A DNA stretch of 63,552 nt, counting the filler, from Dirinaria sp. TL-2023a (lineage: Eukaryota): the NCBI GenBank assembly GCA_051941275.1. It is 2 parts of 2 records of this genome, joined end to end, with 100 filler letters (N's around TTAATTAATTAA, not from the genome) between each part and the next. Parts side by side here need not be neighbours in the genome. Positions count along the whole stretch, not along the records: positions 1 to 31,762 come from JAVEBF010000089.1; 1 more part is not named here. One strand, 5' to 3'. Within the stretch, counting starts at the first letter, position 1; every line of letters starts with the position of its first letter. The translations under genes and the position numbers were made by a program. A model generated the notes under the pieces. It had not been told where the DNA came from. It made no database searches and saw only the letters and a list, made by a program, of their open reading frames with translations. Below, piece by piece: positions 1-12,373 of the stretch.

Positions 1-24
1 AAAAAAAAAAAAAAAAAAAAAAAA
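1..24. repeat. poly(A) homopolymer at window start
   Basis: Run of 24 A, about 400 nt downstream of the KCS1 stop; low-complexity intergenic tract or contig edge. Confidence 0.8.
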
Positions 25-420
25 TTGAATATACATTTTCTAGTATTGTGTGCTGTGAGGTAGATGGTCTTGAATACCGCCAAATATTTCCAGCTCCCTT
101 AGCCATCTACACTTGATCTAATAGCAGTACCATACATTCATAAAATAAGACAAAAATTCAGTGGCCATTTTTGAGTACTTCGCACTTTTTCTTTCTCTGC
201 GAGAAACCAGCCACAACGTGGACTACAAGTAGCTTCCATTTTTTAATTTTTCTAATTCGAAGAACAGCAATCGCTGTCTTCATAGTCTACGTGCTAATAC
301 TAGGACTGTCCAGCATGTTGGAATGGATATCAAAAGGCTCCGAACACCACGCTTCACCAGCTTCAAGCAGCATAATCAAGATCCAAAAAAGACGCACGCA
401 TCACACTTTTGGGCATTCAC

Positions 421-3400
421 TCAAGTACTGACATAGCCTTTTTCATCCTCAGCGCCCCCTAAGGGTCCAAAATCTTGCGCCGCTTCATCGCCATCTTCGT
501 GCTGGGCGTTCATATCTTGGCCACTGACCTCGTGCCAGGTCCGTAGTAAACACCTCTTAAGGGTCCGCAGCCCCCTTAAGTATCCATTGTCGATCATATC
601 AGGGAAATGTGGGGGGCAAGGTACATCTTTGATTTCGTCGTCGGCTGTTACGCTGCTGGCGAAGTCCACCATCTTGAGATCAATACCGGTCACGGTGCTA
701 TCCTCACGTTTAAGTTGCTCGGTTCGATCTTGCGGCTGTGAACCAGACTTATAGTCGGATGGCCGTGTGGATGGAAAGCTCTTGCCAAGCTCAGCGTCAT
801 ACATCACCAGAAGACTAGTGGCATAAAATCGGTAGCCACGTAGCTCGCAAATGACATTTTCAAGCTTGACAAGCTTCTCCAGAAGTACCTTGATACGCTC
901 CAATATCTTGGGCTCGGGCTCGCTATCACCTTGTGAAAGAAAACGTTTCAGGGTGTCATTGAACTCTTCTTCAGTTCTGATTTTGCGCCCAAAGTATTTG
1001 TCTTCGAACAGGTACTCATGCTTTTGGCTGTCCCAAGTCTGCATACCGCATATGCGAACACCGAGTTTCTGAGAGGTGGTTTTGGAGCATTTCTCCCTTT
1101 GAGATCGTTTCTTCTTGTCATCCGCGTTGACTCCGTATTGTCGGGTACCCATCTTCAAATCCAGAACGCAAGGCTTATTTAGGTTGGCAGTCAAGTCCTC
1201 CAGGAGAAGGAAGAATGCCTCCTTATCGCTGTGCTGCACACGAGCTTGTTCTGGGTTCAAAGGCGTTTGTCCCGATCGGGGATGGGAGAGCTGCGCATGC
1301 AGTTTCCTATTAGACGTATTACTTGATAGTGGAATAGACAGCTGGTCCATAGCTGCTCCCCAATTTCTACTCTGTGGCTGACCTGCTTCTGGCATAGGTG
1401 CAGTGAGGGGAACAGCAGGATCCATCTCCATTGAAAAAATGTCATCTTCTTGGTCTCCTCCATAACCCTTGTCTTCATAATATTGCAAGCTACTGCGTTT
1501 GTCACTGTCCACGTTGCTCTGTTTGCTCAGGAGACCACTTCCAGAATGGCGCCTCCTGATTTGTTTTACACCTGAGACTACTGCATCCTCTGTATTGGAG
1601 ACTTGAGAATGGGTATGAGGCATATTATCTGAGCCTGAAATAGGCAGCTGTGCCAGCTGCATCCTATCTTTCGGTTGCTTGATATCAGCAGTAGATTCGT
1701 AGGGATCATCTTCAGCGTTGCGCTGCGCGGTCTTCGATGCTCCAGCGTCTGCGACAGCAGTCAATTCATTAGCCACACCAAAGCTCTTCGACTGATCGAG
1801 GAAGGCTGTTGCCTCCGGCAATGCTCTTTGCAAAACCCGATCGTCTGCCTCTCTCGCCCTGGGTAAAGTGTTGTAGCCTCTGCCACGGTGACGACGGCGA
1901 TGAATGGTTGGAGGAGCAAAAACTTCTTTTAAGATCTGCGCCTTGAGTTGCTCATTGACCGTTGAAACACCCCAACTAGCGTTGTGCTTGTGCAAAGCTG
2001 GTCTTGTATGCGTGCCATAGCTTTCATGTGACAGCTTTTCTGGGCTTTCGCTATCCGCTGAGGGGAGATTCCAACTTTCGTTCTGAGGCAGTCCAGAATT
2101 TTGGTCCTCCGGAACCTTCGTGCTTCCATTGCCTTGGAAGATACTGAGAGGAAATATATGACGGTTGTTGGCCAGTAGAACTTCGGGGACTTGCTCGATT
2201 TGCTGGGAATGACTTACGACTCGATGATGGTCGGTTGCATCCGAGGTGCTAGGACCTTCCGGCGCTTGGGTATCAGGCACCGATGCGGGATGTAAATGGT
2301 CGTATTGTCGATTATCGGAACTAGATGAGGTGATTCCTTGAGAACGTGCTGAATCCAATGCTTCAACACCCTTCTTCTTTCCCTTCACTACCTTCCAGTT
2401 CGCGTTAATCACACCCATATATCTACCATAAAAAATTTAGCGTAATACTTTCCTAGATCATGTAGATGAAATCAAGACTGACTTAGGCAAAAATTTCAGC
2501 AACTCCGGGTGCGTTTGCTCCACAACTTCATAGAACTCATTTTCGCCATTGGTGAGTGTCTTGCAGACACCTTTCTCATGGAGGCGCCAAACTGTGTTAT
2601 GACCACCAACTTGGTGATTGAACGGTACTAGCTCGACAGCCTGAACAGGGACCGTCTGCGGACGGCGGCCTTTCCGAGGACGAGTGCTAAGGAACGTACC
2701 GTGAGTGGCAGGAGTCGCTCTCGGAGTGGTTTCGGTATCTGTGAGGCTGTAATCGGATTCGGAGGCAGAAGAAGCATCACTATCTGTTCCGCGCGAAGAA
2801 AGAGGCTCCTGGTCGCGATCCCCATACAATTCGCCATGCAAATGTCGCACTTGATTGTGCGACTTGATCGCAATATCAACGTCCTGGAATGCGTCCGCTT
2901 TTTGGACTTCAGGAGAAGCAAGGTCTGGGTGAGGAAGCTTGACATCGTCAAGAGAAATTTGAGAGACCGCTTTATGGGGATAATATATCGCCGAAGATAT
3001 CTGTTCTTTGTCGGAGTCATCATCTTCCTCTGCCTCCGGAGCCTGTGGATGCCTTCTTGGAAAATTCCGAATTTCTTCGAGGAACGGATATGGCATGTGG
3101 TGTTCAACCTGACCCTTGTCCGCATCCGCTTTCGAAATTGTTTCACTCCGAGATTCGTTAGTAACATCAGCAAGCGGGCCTTGGGTCGTCGGAGGCACTG
3201 TCATTGACGTCTGTCCCTGTCGCTGCTCAGGCATCGGTTGTCGTCGTGACTCAATATCCGAAAGACTGGGACGAGGTTTTGGCCTCTCGCCTTGGTCAAG
3301 GGCAGCTTCACTAGGCATGTGCTTGAAAGACTCTGCGGCGCCTGAACGTCGAGGCGAGATATACCTTCGTTCGGTGAAAGCGCCGCTAGCCTTCGATTTT

Positions 3401-4263
3401 GGCTCTTGTGGTGCCTTTTCCTGCCCTTTCTTTTGCTCAGAAGAGGTGTCCTTAAAAAGCTGCATCATGTGGCTAGATTTGCGACTTCGGGCATTAAAAC
3501 TGGGCTCGGCGTCTGCCAGAGTAGCCTCAATGTGTTTCTCCACGTGCCCCTTGCTCCCTGTGCTTGTGCTTCTCTCCCGCTCTGCAAAAGCTTTTCCATC
3601 GTTGACATCGTCCACAGCATGATTGTCCTGCATGCTTCCCAAGTCTCTGGCTGTCAAGGTCTGGTGGTGCAGGGGTAATTGGTTTTGTGCAGGCGACGAT
3701 TTCGTTGCAGGCAATTGGACTTTCGTAGCGCAAGGAAGAACGGATTCTGCGAATTGGGTAGTGATACTCGAGTTCCTTCGTGCACTGCCTACTCCTTCAT
3801 TGGCAGCGTGTATAAATTTCGATTGATATGTCTGAGATGAATTTGGGGATGCTGAACGAAAACTGCTTATATTCGATAGTGAAGGTTGAGATGTTTGTTG
3901 TGACAGACGCCTTGGAAAGTCCAGGGCGTTTGCACCACTGCTAGTGAGAGGCAGGAGTTCGCTACTTCCATTTTGAACAGGTCGGAGACGGGGGGTTCCT
4001 TCATTGCTGGTACTGGTGTAGGAATGGTCACAGTCTGACTCTTGCCCGTTGGGTATTTGCTGCCTTGCAAAGTCGGTAAGGCCAGTCAGAGGTTTTGAGA
4101 GGAGATCTGCTTGATGGTGAGCAGGATTAGTGGGTGTTATCGCCTTTGGCTCCTCCTTGGATGCTGGGGATACATGATGCTGCTGGTGCTGGTCAAACCG
4201 GTACCAAGACCTCACCAAATCAGCAGGTGAGGCGGTTTCTGAGAACGAGGAGGAATGTGACAT
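421..4263 (-). CDS. KCS1: inositol hexakisphosphate/polyphosphate kinase (IPK family), 2 exons
   Basis: Motifs PFNHQVGGH, ENEFYE..HPELLKFLPKYMGV, FLLLEDLT..KPCVLDLKMGTRQYG, LGVRICGMQ, YRFYATSLL, KMVDFA. Intron 2423-2482 (GTCAGT..GCTAA..TAG) joins LPK/YMGVIN in frame. Start taken as ATG at 4263. Confidence 0.9.
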
Positions 4264-5648
4264 GAAGTGGACATTGGCAGGGAGCTTTAAAAGCCTCAAG
4301 TCAATGGTGTGGGAGGATCAATTGCAGCCAGAATTATTATTGTCGATAATTGTCGATAATTGTTGATAAGACGCGGGCGCCGAGAGATCAACACGAAGGA
4401 TTTCTACTTCAGATTTGACCGTTCAGATTTTCTGGAACGACGTCTAAACAGGCGGTCAAGCCGTTCAACGTTGAACCGGAGGACGGAGAAGCCGGGGTGA
4501 GACCGTCGGGGCCTTGCAGTACCTGAATCCTGCAAATGATATCAGAAACAGCAATTATCCGCACGAGCACGTTGCTTGATCCTCCGCTGCTACAGGTGGG
4601 ATTGATCTTGCGGGGGTTCAAAGCCGAGGAAAGTCTTCTGCAACAGGTCTTGGCAATATTTTTTTCCCCAGTCCAATGACGTCACGTATCATTGGATCTT
4701 ACATACCTTAGGTAAGCTACCTGTACATGGGAGTGAGGTACTTTACGAGTACCTTACTGGCAACAAATATCGTCATGTATCTTGGATACTGAGGTACATC
4801 AAGGTACACTATTTAGTTGTAGGCAGCAGGTAAGGTAGATAAAGGAATAAGAGATAAGATACCGAAATGATCCCATCTTCCACTCCGGAATGCTTGCAAT
4901 CGTATGTAGATACCGCTGCTCTTATCGATGGGACGATCATACCAGGTAGAGTGCACCGGCTACATAATAATAACGCACCCAATCTTCCTCGCATCGCACA
5001 ACCTTCCTCAATCGTGTCAGATAATAATAATGACGGTCGAAGAAAACCATCGCCCAATCGTTGAACAACGTGATTCGTCCGCTGCTGCACGCTCCCCCCT
5101 TTGTCTTACGACACCGGATTTCGCCATTGGCTTCCGATCAACCGTGTGCTCGGTTTAGTACAGTAGACATTATTGGCGATGAGTACTTAAGGTATGCGGA
5201 GCCATAATAATAGGCGCGGCAAGGTGGCCCCTTACTGCCTGAGGATCCTCCATGTGGCGTGGAAAGGCAGATCAAGGGCACGACTTGACGCCAAAATTGC
5301 GGAATCAGTGTTCCGAATCCGCGCATCCACGATTGCTCCATCCACCGGATTATTGAAATTGTACAAGCTCCATTTCTTCAATAGCAAGTGCGCTGAACTA
5401 AAAGTAAACATCGTTTGACTCCACGTTCAGCGGAAGGGGGGAAAAGAAAAAACAGTGCACGATCATTCGGCGGACCCGACTTGCAGGAAGTTCATGGAGA
5501 AGGTATTAAATATTTACATTATCAATTAGGCAGTAGTATCAATATCTAAGTATCTCTATCGCATCAGATCCCGATCGCCTTGAAATGTTGCTACAGATCG
5601 TTCCATGTCGTATCTCGTGGAATTAGGATTAGGAAGTACGCCGCCCCA

Positions 5649-8600
5649 TTAGCCTCGAGTGTCCCGTTCAAAGCGCAGCTTCACACTGCGGCCCGCCCTC
5701 TCGGCGCGCTTCGCTTTGGACTCCGGTGTCGGCTCGGTCGTATTGGGTTTGATGACGGCCTTATTGAGCGTATTGGCCATCTTGGGCGTGCCAGCGGAGC
5801 TGACTGATGACGGTGTGTTTTTGTAGACGTTGAGAATTGAGCCGGCCCCGCAGAACTCTTTGCTATTGCCAGTACACAGCATGTTACATTTGCTTGCGTC
5901 AGCCACTTGAGCGGAGCTGGGCAGCGATGATCCACAGTAACATTCTTGAGCGTACTCGAGACCGGCATACGTCGCACCTGAAGCCTGGCAGAACTCGACG
6001 CAGGATTCGACCGTCATTCCCGTGTTGTTCGTATAGGATTGGCCCGACAGAAGACGGCCGTTGGAAGCCTCGTTGTAGCATCCCTGGCTAAGGTAGGTCC
6101 CCACCTGTTTGACGGTGGTTGGGGGCACGAATGTGGTTAAATTATAGACAGAAAGCCTGCTTGGCCCGCCGCATAGCTCTGTCTTATTGCCAGTGCATGC
6201 CATATTGCATCCGTCATGGCCTACCGTCGAGTACGACTGTAGGGCATTGCCACTGTGCCAGGTTAGCATGGACTGCGCTTATTGGGCTTTCGGCTGTGCC
6301 AAATTTGACTCACCAATAACATTCACCACCATACTCAATGCCTGCCAAGCCATAGTTGTTGTTGCTGCTACTACAGAATGCCTGGCATTTCTCAACAGTC
6401 ATGGCGGTATTACTGCTGTAGGAAGCCCCTGATAGTGCGCGTGGGGCGGTTTCATTAGCGCAACCCAGATATGCCCAGCCGTTGGTGATGGATCCAACAC
6501 TTGGTGTAGCAGTCTGTGCTACTGATGATGATGTCGTAGTAGACGTCGATGTTGTACTGGTTTTTGAAGTTGTTGTCGGTTTCGAAGTGACTTTGGCGGT
6601 CGTGGCCTTGGCTTTGGTGCTCGTAGGCTTTACGGATGCTTTCGCAGATGATTTAGCTGTAGGAGAGGCTTTGGACGAGCTCTTGGAAGCAACCGCAGCT
6701 TTCGTAGTCACGGCAGCCTTACTACTCGAAGACTTGGCAGCGGCAGTAGTATTCAGTTTGTACATGTTGAGCCTGGTGGTGAATCAGCAACTAAACCATC
6801 GCCGCAGCGTGAACTTTCTCTGACCTGTTACCAGCGCCACAATACTCCGATGGAGCACCTGGACATTGGAAATTGCAGTCGTTTTGATTGGCAACTTTCG
6901 CGCTACCAGCTGCTGGGTTGGTGCCGCAGTAACTGCTAATGTTAGCCTATTACATGGAACTCCAATAGCATTGTCGTACCATTCACGCCCATACTCGACA
7001 CCGAACATCGCATAGCCTTTGCAATCTTGTGCACACATTTCGATGGTCATGCTGTCATTGGCGAACACAGCAGCACTCAACGCTCTACCTGTCGTTGCCT
7101 CGCTCCAGCATCCTTGAGAAACATAACCGCCAACACTCTGAACGACGGTCGGCCCAACAGGTTTCTGGGTCGCCGATGCGACGGGCGCTTTCGTGCTGGT
7201 AGCTGCTCCTGTGGACGTTGAATTCTTTGCGTACAGCGAGAGTCTGGAAGAGTTAGCTGCGAGTCCAGACAGACGTTTGCAGCGTCACTCACCTGTTAGG
7301 TCCACCACATATCTCTGTTCCGTTGCCATTGCATTTCATTGAACAATCGCTGCTGGTCGCTAGCTTCGAGCCTGCTGCCAGGACATTGCCACAATAACTG
7401 CAAAAAGTTAGTTTATGCTGTAATACGGTACTAGAGACGTGTCTTACCATTCCCCACTATACTCAGTGCCAAAGTATTTGTAGTTATTACAAGCCGCTGC
7501 GCATTTCTCAATGGTAAGTGTTGCAGCCGCTACAGGATTCTGAAGTCCACTAAGAGCTCGCGAATTCGTTCCTTCCGTGAAGCATCCTTGATAGGAGAAG
7601 CCAGGCACATCAACGTGGTCGACGGGTCCGGTGGGAGTTGAGGGCGCTTTAGTAGAAGAGGGAGCGGCGGGAGTGGTTGTAGTAGAATTTCGACGATATG
7701 CCGTCAGACGATTTGGACCACCACATATCTCGTTCGTATTCCCGTTACAAGTCATCGAGCAACCTTTGTCCACGTCGGTGTTGCCTGTTGCAATGACAGA
7801 CCCAGCATTAAACGAGTTGCCGCAATAACTGTACTCAATCAACAAATGGCCGGCGGCAAGATACAGATACTTACCATTCACCGGAATACTCAGTCCCAAA
7901 ATATGTATACTTGCTACAAGCTGCCGCACATTTTTCAATCGTTAGAGTTGCACCTGCAACTGGATTTTGGAGGTCGCTGAGAGCGCGCCCATTTGAGCCT
8001 TCTGTATAACATCCGGCGTAGCTGTAGGCACCAACTGACGGGACCACTGAAGGACCACCTGTTGCAGCTGGAGGATTTGTCCCCCCCGCAGTTGAGGTGG
8101 GTGCCGGCAAAGATCCATTCAGTTTGTACATATCAAGCCTGCACAAGTATTTAGTTTCATTACATTCTGCGAGTGACCGAGTTACGTACCGATTGGGCCC
8201 GCCGCAATATTCGTTTTCCTATCATCAACGAGTCAGCACGCAAGCATCAATAATTCGCATCAAAAGCGGAAGAACTCACGTTGCCTCCGCAAACCATTGA
8301 ACAATCTCCTATATCTTTCTGCACAGATCCTGCGTTGATGGCATTGCCGCCTGAAGGTTTCCCGGGTCAATATCATGTTATTAATTACTAGCCAACAGCA
8401 CTTACAGTAGCATTCGTTCGCATATTCCATGCCAAAGTATGTGTACCCTACACAAGATTTCTGACAGGCCTCAATTGAACCACCAGCAGCGGGCGCGGCA
8501 GGGGCCTTGCCTGACAGAGCACGACCCGCGGTTGCTTCAGAGTAGCATCCGATAAAGTTGTAATTGGCAGTGGTGTTGACTGTTGTAGGTCCTGTCGTTG

Positions 8601-11600
8601 GACCAGTAGGGGTTGTCGTTCCTGTGTCATTCCCAGGAGTATACCGTGTAGCGTCATAATAGATGGAAATGAATCCACCAGCCCCTCCGCAATCTTGAGT
8701 GGCATCGCCTGAGCAAGCGAATGAACAGCTCGCTTCGTCAGCCTTGAATGAGCTTGGTGGAGGCTTATTGCCGCAATAGCATTCGGTTTGGTATTCAGTA
8801 CCAGAAAAGATGAAATTACCATTGGCGCAGTCGGTCTGACATCTTCCGTTATCATTGTTATTATCGGCGTATTGCTGCGTTGGCAAAAGGCGACCAGCTG
8901 CACCAGTCCTCTCGGAGTAGCACCCAAGGTAGGTGTAAACGGCGTCACCCGTGGAGTTCGTTGGCCCAACTTTCCTAGAAACCAGCGTTCCCGTGATTTC
9001 GACCACGTGAACACCAAAGTTCAGGTCGTCAGTATTCAGAGTCCAGGTATTAGTAAAGGTTTGGTCCGGGATATTGGGATCTTCTGCGTTGGTGACGAAC
9101 AAAACAGTAGCGTATGCGCATTCATTGACAGGAATGTCTTGAGACTCATGCAGCGATGTGGGATCTTCCGGACGGAACGCACCGTTTGGAGGTTTGCTCT
9201 TCGAGACTTCGAGGACGGAACCACCTTGATTGCAGATCCGAATTTGTCTCTCGGTCGTTGTTCCTGGCGCAACCTTCCCAAAATCCATGACGAGATTACT
9301 CTGCGGCAACCAACCGCCTTCTCCATTGCTGATTGAGAAATTTGCAATCGGAGCAGTGGACGCTGAAGCTTCAAGAATGATGCTCGTTGAACCACCGTCG
9401 GACCAGGTAAGGAGATAAGACTGGTAGGCGCCAACGCCTTGAATTGGGTCGAACACAAGGTCGATAGCTACCTGCCCACCAGCCTGGATGACGGTGCCCA
9501 CAGCAGGTAGATTATCCGACGTGAAGCCGACTCCAAGATCGTAGATACCATCTGTGGCAGTGACGTTGGTATAATCAACATCATCGTCATCCAGGTCATC
9601 TGTGGTGTATGCATAGCCTTGTATAGTGAGTGGGTTCAGGCCGGCATTGCTTATTGTAAAAGGGGCTGTCACAGTCGGCGTACTCTGGTTGGGGAGCAAC
9701 ACGACACCGCTAAAGTCGACCGTTATTGGTGCCTCAACAAGAAACGCGTTCTGAGAAACCTCGGTGCCAGTCAAACTGATCGGGAAGTTTGTAGAATAGC
9801 CTGCTACGGCGTTGACGGTGGTTAATGTCAAGGCGGTGCTCTTTACACCTGGTGAGACACTTCCATAAGAAGCGTTTGCGGTGTTTCCACTCTTCGTATT
9901 AGTGAGGTCCCAAGTCACTGGAAAGCTGAAGGTGGCCCCTTGAGCCACCGCACCTTGTGGGAGGGTCGAAGTATCAACTGTGAAGTGAGCATCGCCGGTC
10001 ACGGCATTTGCAACTCGTGTGAGAGCTATATTGGCCTTACAAGTTACCTGCTTGGTCCCTTTCGATCCCAATGCGACCGAGCCGAAATTGACAGGTGAAG
10101 AGCAATTCAAAGGCAGATTTACGGGCGAGCCGAGACAGTACAAGCCGCCGGTGGCGTCCGTCACGTAAAGGCGAGTGTCGCCAAAAGCTGGGCGCTGGAA
10201 TTTATTCAGGCCATTCACTTGAGGGAGATTGATGGTCTTCAAGTAGCCATTGGATGGGACCGCGTACCAGGCTCGAAGACCAGCATCAGGATCACCTGTC
10301 AAATCCACAGTCAGCAATCGCTTCTCAACCAAGACCCGTCTCTCGCGCAAAATGCTATTGAAGCCTCCATGATTTCACAGCTCTCGAGCATGAGAAGTGA
10401 GGACGAGATCGGAGAGCGAGCCAGTACTTACACATCCAGAGGATTGCAGTCCCCTCCTTGCCTTGGTAGGTAGTCACTGTTGGGATACCGACCCCTACAC
10501 GTCCAGCAGACTTCTCGGGCGACTGGCCTACCTGCGAAAAAACTGGCTTTCCTGAATCGCTGAAGCCGAGCTTGTAGACGTATGTAGGATATCCGACCGG
10601 GGTGGAATATATGTACCCGCCTTCTAATGGGTATGATCCAGAACCTCCAAAGACTGACTTCCCGGTTTCGATGGTCTGAATAATGCCATCGGTCTGACCT
10701 GGGCCAAGTCTGTAGCCGCCGAGGTTGTTTGCATTGAGGATATATATCTTGCCGTTTTTTCCAGCAGTGACTGCGATCTTTGAAACACCAGTGCCTTTGA
10801 AAACTGTAGGATCTAGAAGTGCAATACCACCTGAACCAAAATCCTGGTCTCCGCCGTCCACTTAAAGTTCAACGTCAGCATTAGTTCCTGAAGCAGGCAC
10901 ACCGTGGCGTAAAAGATGTCGATGGATTGAAGTTGAATGCGCCGTCACAAAATTTCAATGTGTAACAAGGGAATGGAATTGGTAGACGAGAAAATAACGT
11001 ACTGTTCTGGTAGTCGTAGGGCTGGAAGTAATCCGTCAGGGAGAGTTTACCGCCATCACCAATGCCCAAATTGACCTATGAAATCTGAATTAGCTGACGA
11101 TGCGGACGGAAAAATAATGCGCGACTTACGCAAGCTTCTCCAAGAGTCCTGCATCCAGAACTTCCGCTCGCTGGGGTACCCGCATTTTCATGGCCAACCC
11201 CATTGCCAGACACCCAGAACAGTCGGTCGCCATCAGTGGAGAGGGCCATGCCGCTCATCCAGATGCCTCCCTGGCCACCTCCCCCATTCTGGTTCCATAC
11301 ATTGGTTTGCGGCACCAGGGGCCCCGATTCCACAGCAAAGTTTGTGACGATCTTCTTCTGGTTGATATCGATACCGACCACAAGACCAGTGTAGTTGAAC
11401 AAATCGCAATGGCCTCCGAATGCACCGTAGACAACGGATCCAACCTGGGCCAATGAAGGCCGCTGCAAGATGATGCCTCCGACGAAAACTTTCTCCGGCG
11501 CATTGTCGCTTGGAGATCCATCGAGGAGGATGGGAAAGCCATCGACATCAGCAAGGGTGTTCACGTTGACGCCGTGGAAATAATAGACGCCATTGAAGGT

Positions 11601-12373
11601 CCCGGTGGCTCCTGCAGTGCGGTAGTTGGGAATGTAGGTCTTGGAGAAGAAATATGCAATGTCCGTGGCCGGATCGATGACCGGCGTTCCGATGATGCCG
11701 ATGAAGTTCGGAATGTCAGTGCACCCGATCTGGATGACGAGCGTCAGCATAAAGTAATGTAATCTTTTCTTGGCACCAGCCGCCGAACTTCTTGTCTTTC
11801 GTACATGCACAACAATGTTTGGCACTCCCACTGCCTGTGCGAGAGGGCTTCCAAGCCAGCACAGCGAAAGCAAAGAAAGGCAAAAATAAAGAAGAAGAAA
11901 AATAAAACCAATTAAAAAAAATCCAAGGATGGTAAGCAAAACATCAAGGTACTCACGTCGGATTGCAAAAAGGGTGTGTGGACTTGTCGCTGGTTGATGG
12001 CGTCGCCCGTCTTGGCGTCCAACGTTCGAATATAATTCTGAGATGAAGCGAGGAAGAGAATTTGTGGGCCGCCGGCAAGTGGTGTGTAGACCAGTGGCTT
12101 CGCATAAAACTATGTAACAAGCGCATCAGTCATCGACGACCTTTGATTGTGAGTGTCCGTGCAGTTGCATACCTGCTCTTGAGCGTTGAACGTCTTCTTC
12201 CACAGTTGACCGAATTCCGAGCTGTCGACCACAGCTGGGTCCATGTTGTGATTTGGTAGGTAACCGGACTGCCCAATGTCCGCGTCCGTATAGCTGTCTG
12301 TCGAAGCAGCGGCTGACACTCGAGGAACGAGTGCCGCTGCCACCGCCGCCAACACAAAGAGTGGGTGTTTCAT
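5649..12373 (-). CDS. secreted multi-exon protein: signal peptide, PQQ-like beta-propeller, Ig-like (ASH-type) domains, seven WSC domains with Ser/Thr linkers
   Basis: N-terminal MKHPLFVLAAVAAALVPRVSA signal peptide. Propeller-like motifs GIIGTPVID, LQRPSL, GGIWMSG, DQDFGSGG, AGKNGKIY. Seven WSC units (YxGCxxE..RAL..C..C..Y.G.EY..EC.CG..C.M.C.G...CGG) between ~8930 and ~5820. Many GT-AG introns; some exon boundaries are approximate. Confidence 0.85.

Noticed and set aside
11730..11939. Hydrophobic N-terminus (MLTILGFFLIG..) of ORF 11076-11939
   Set aside because: Translation of a T-rich intron of the WSC gene, not a TM or signal segment.
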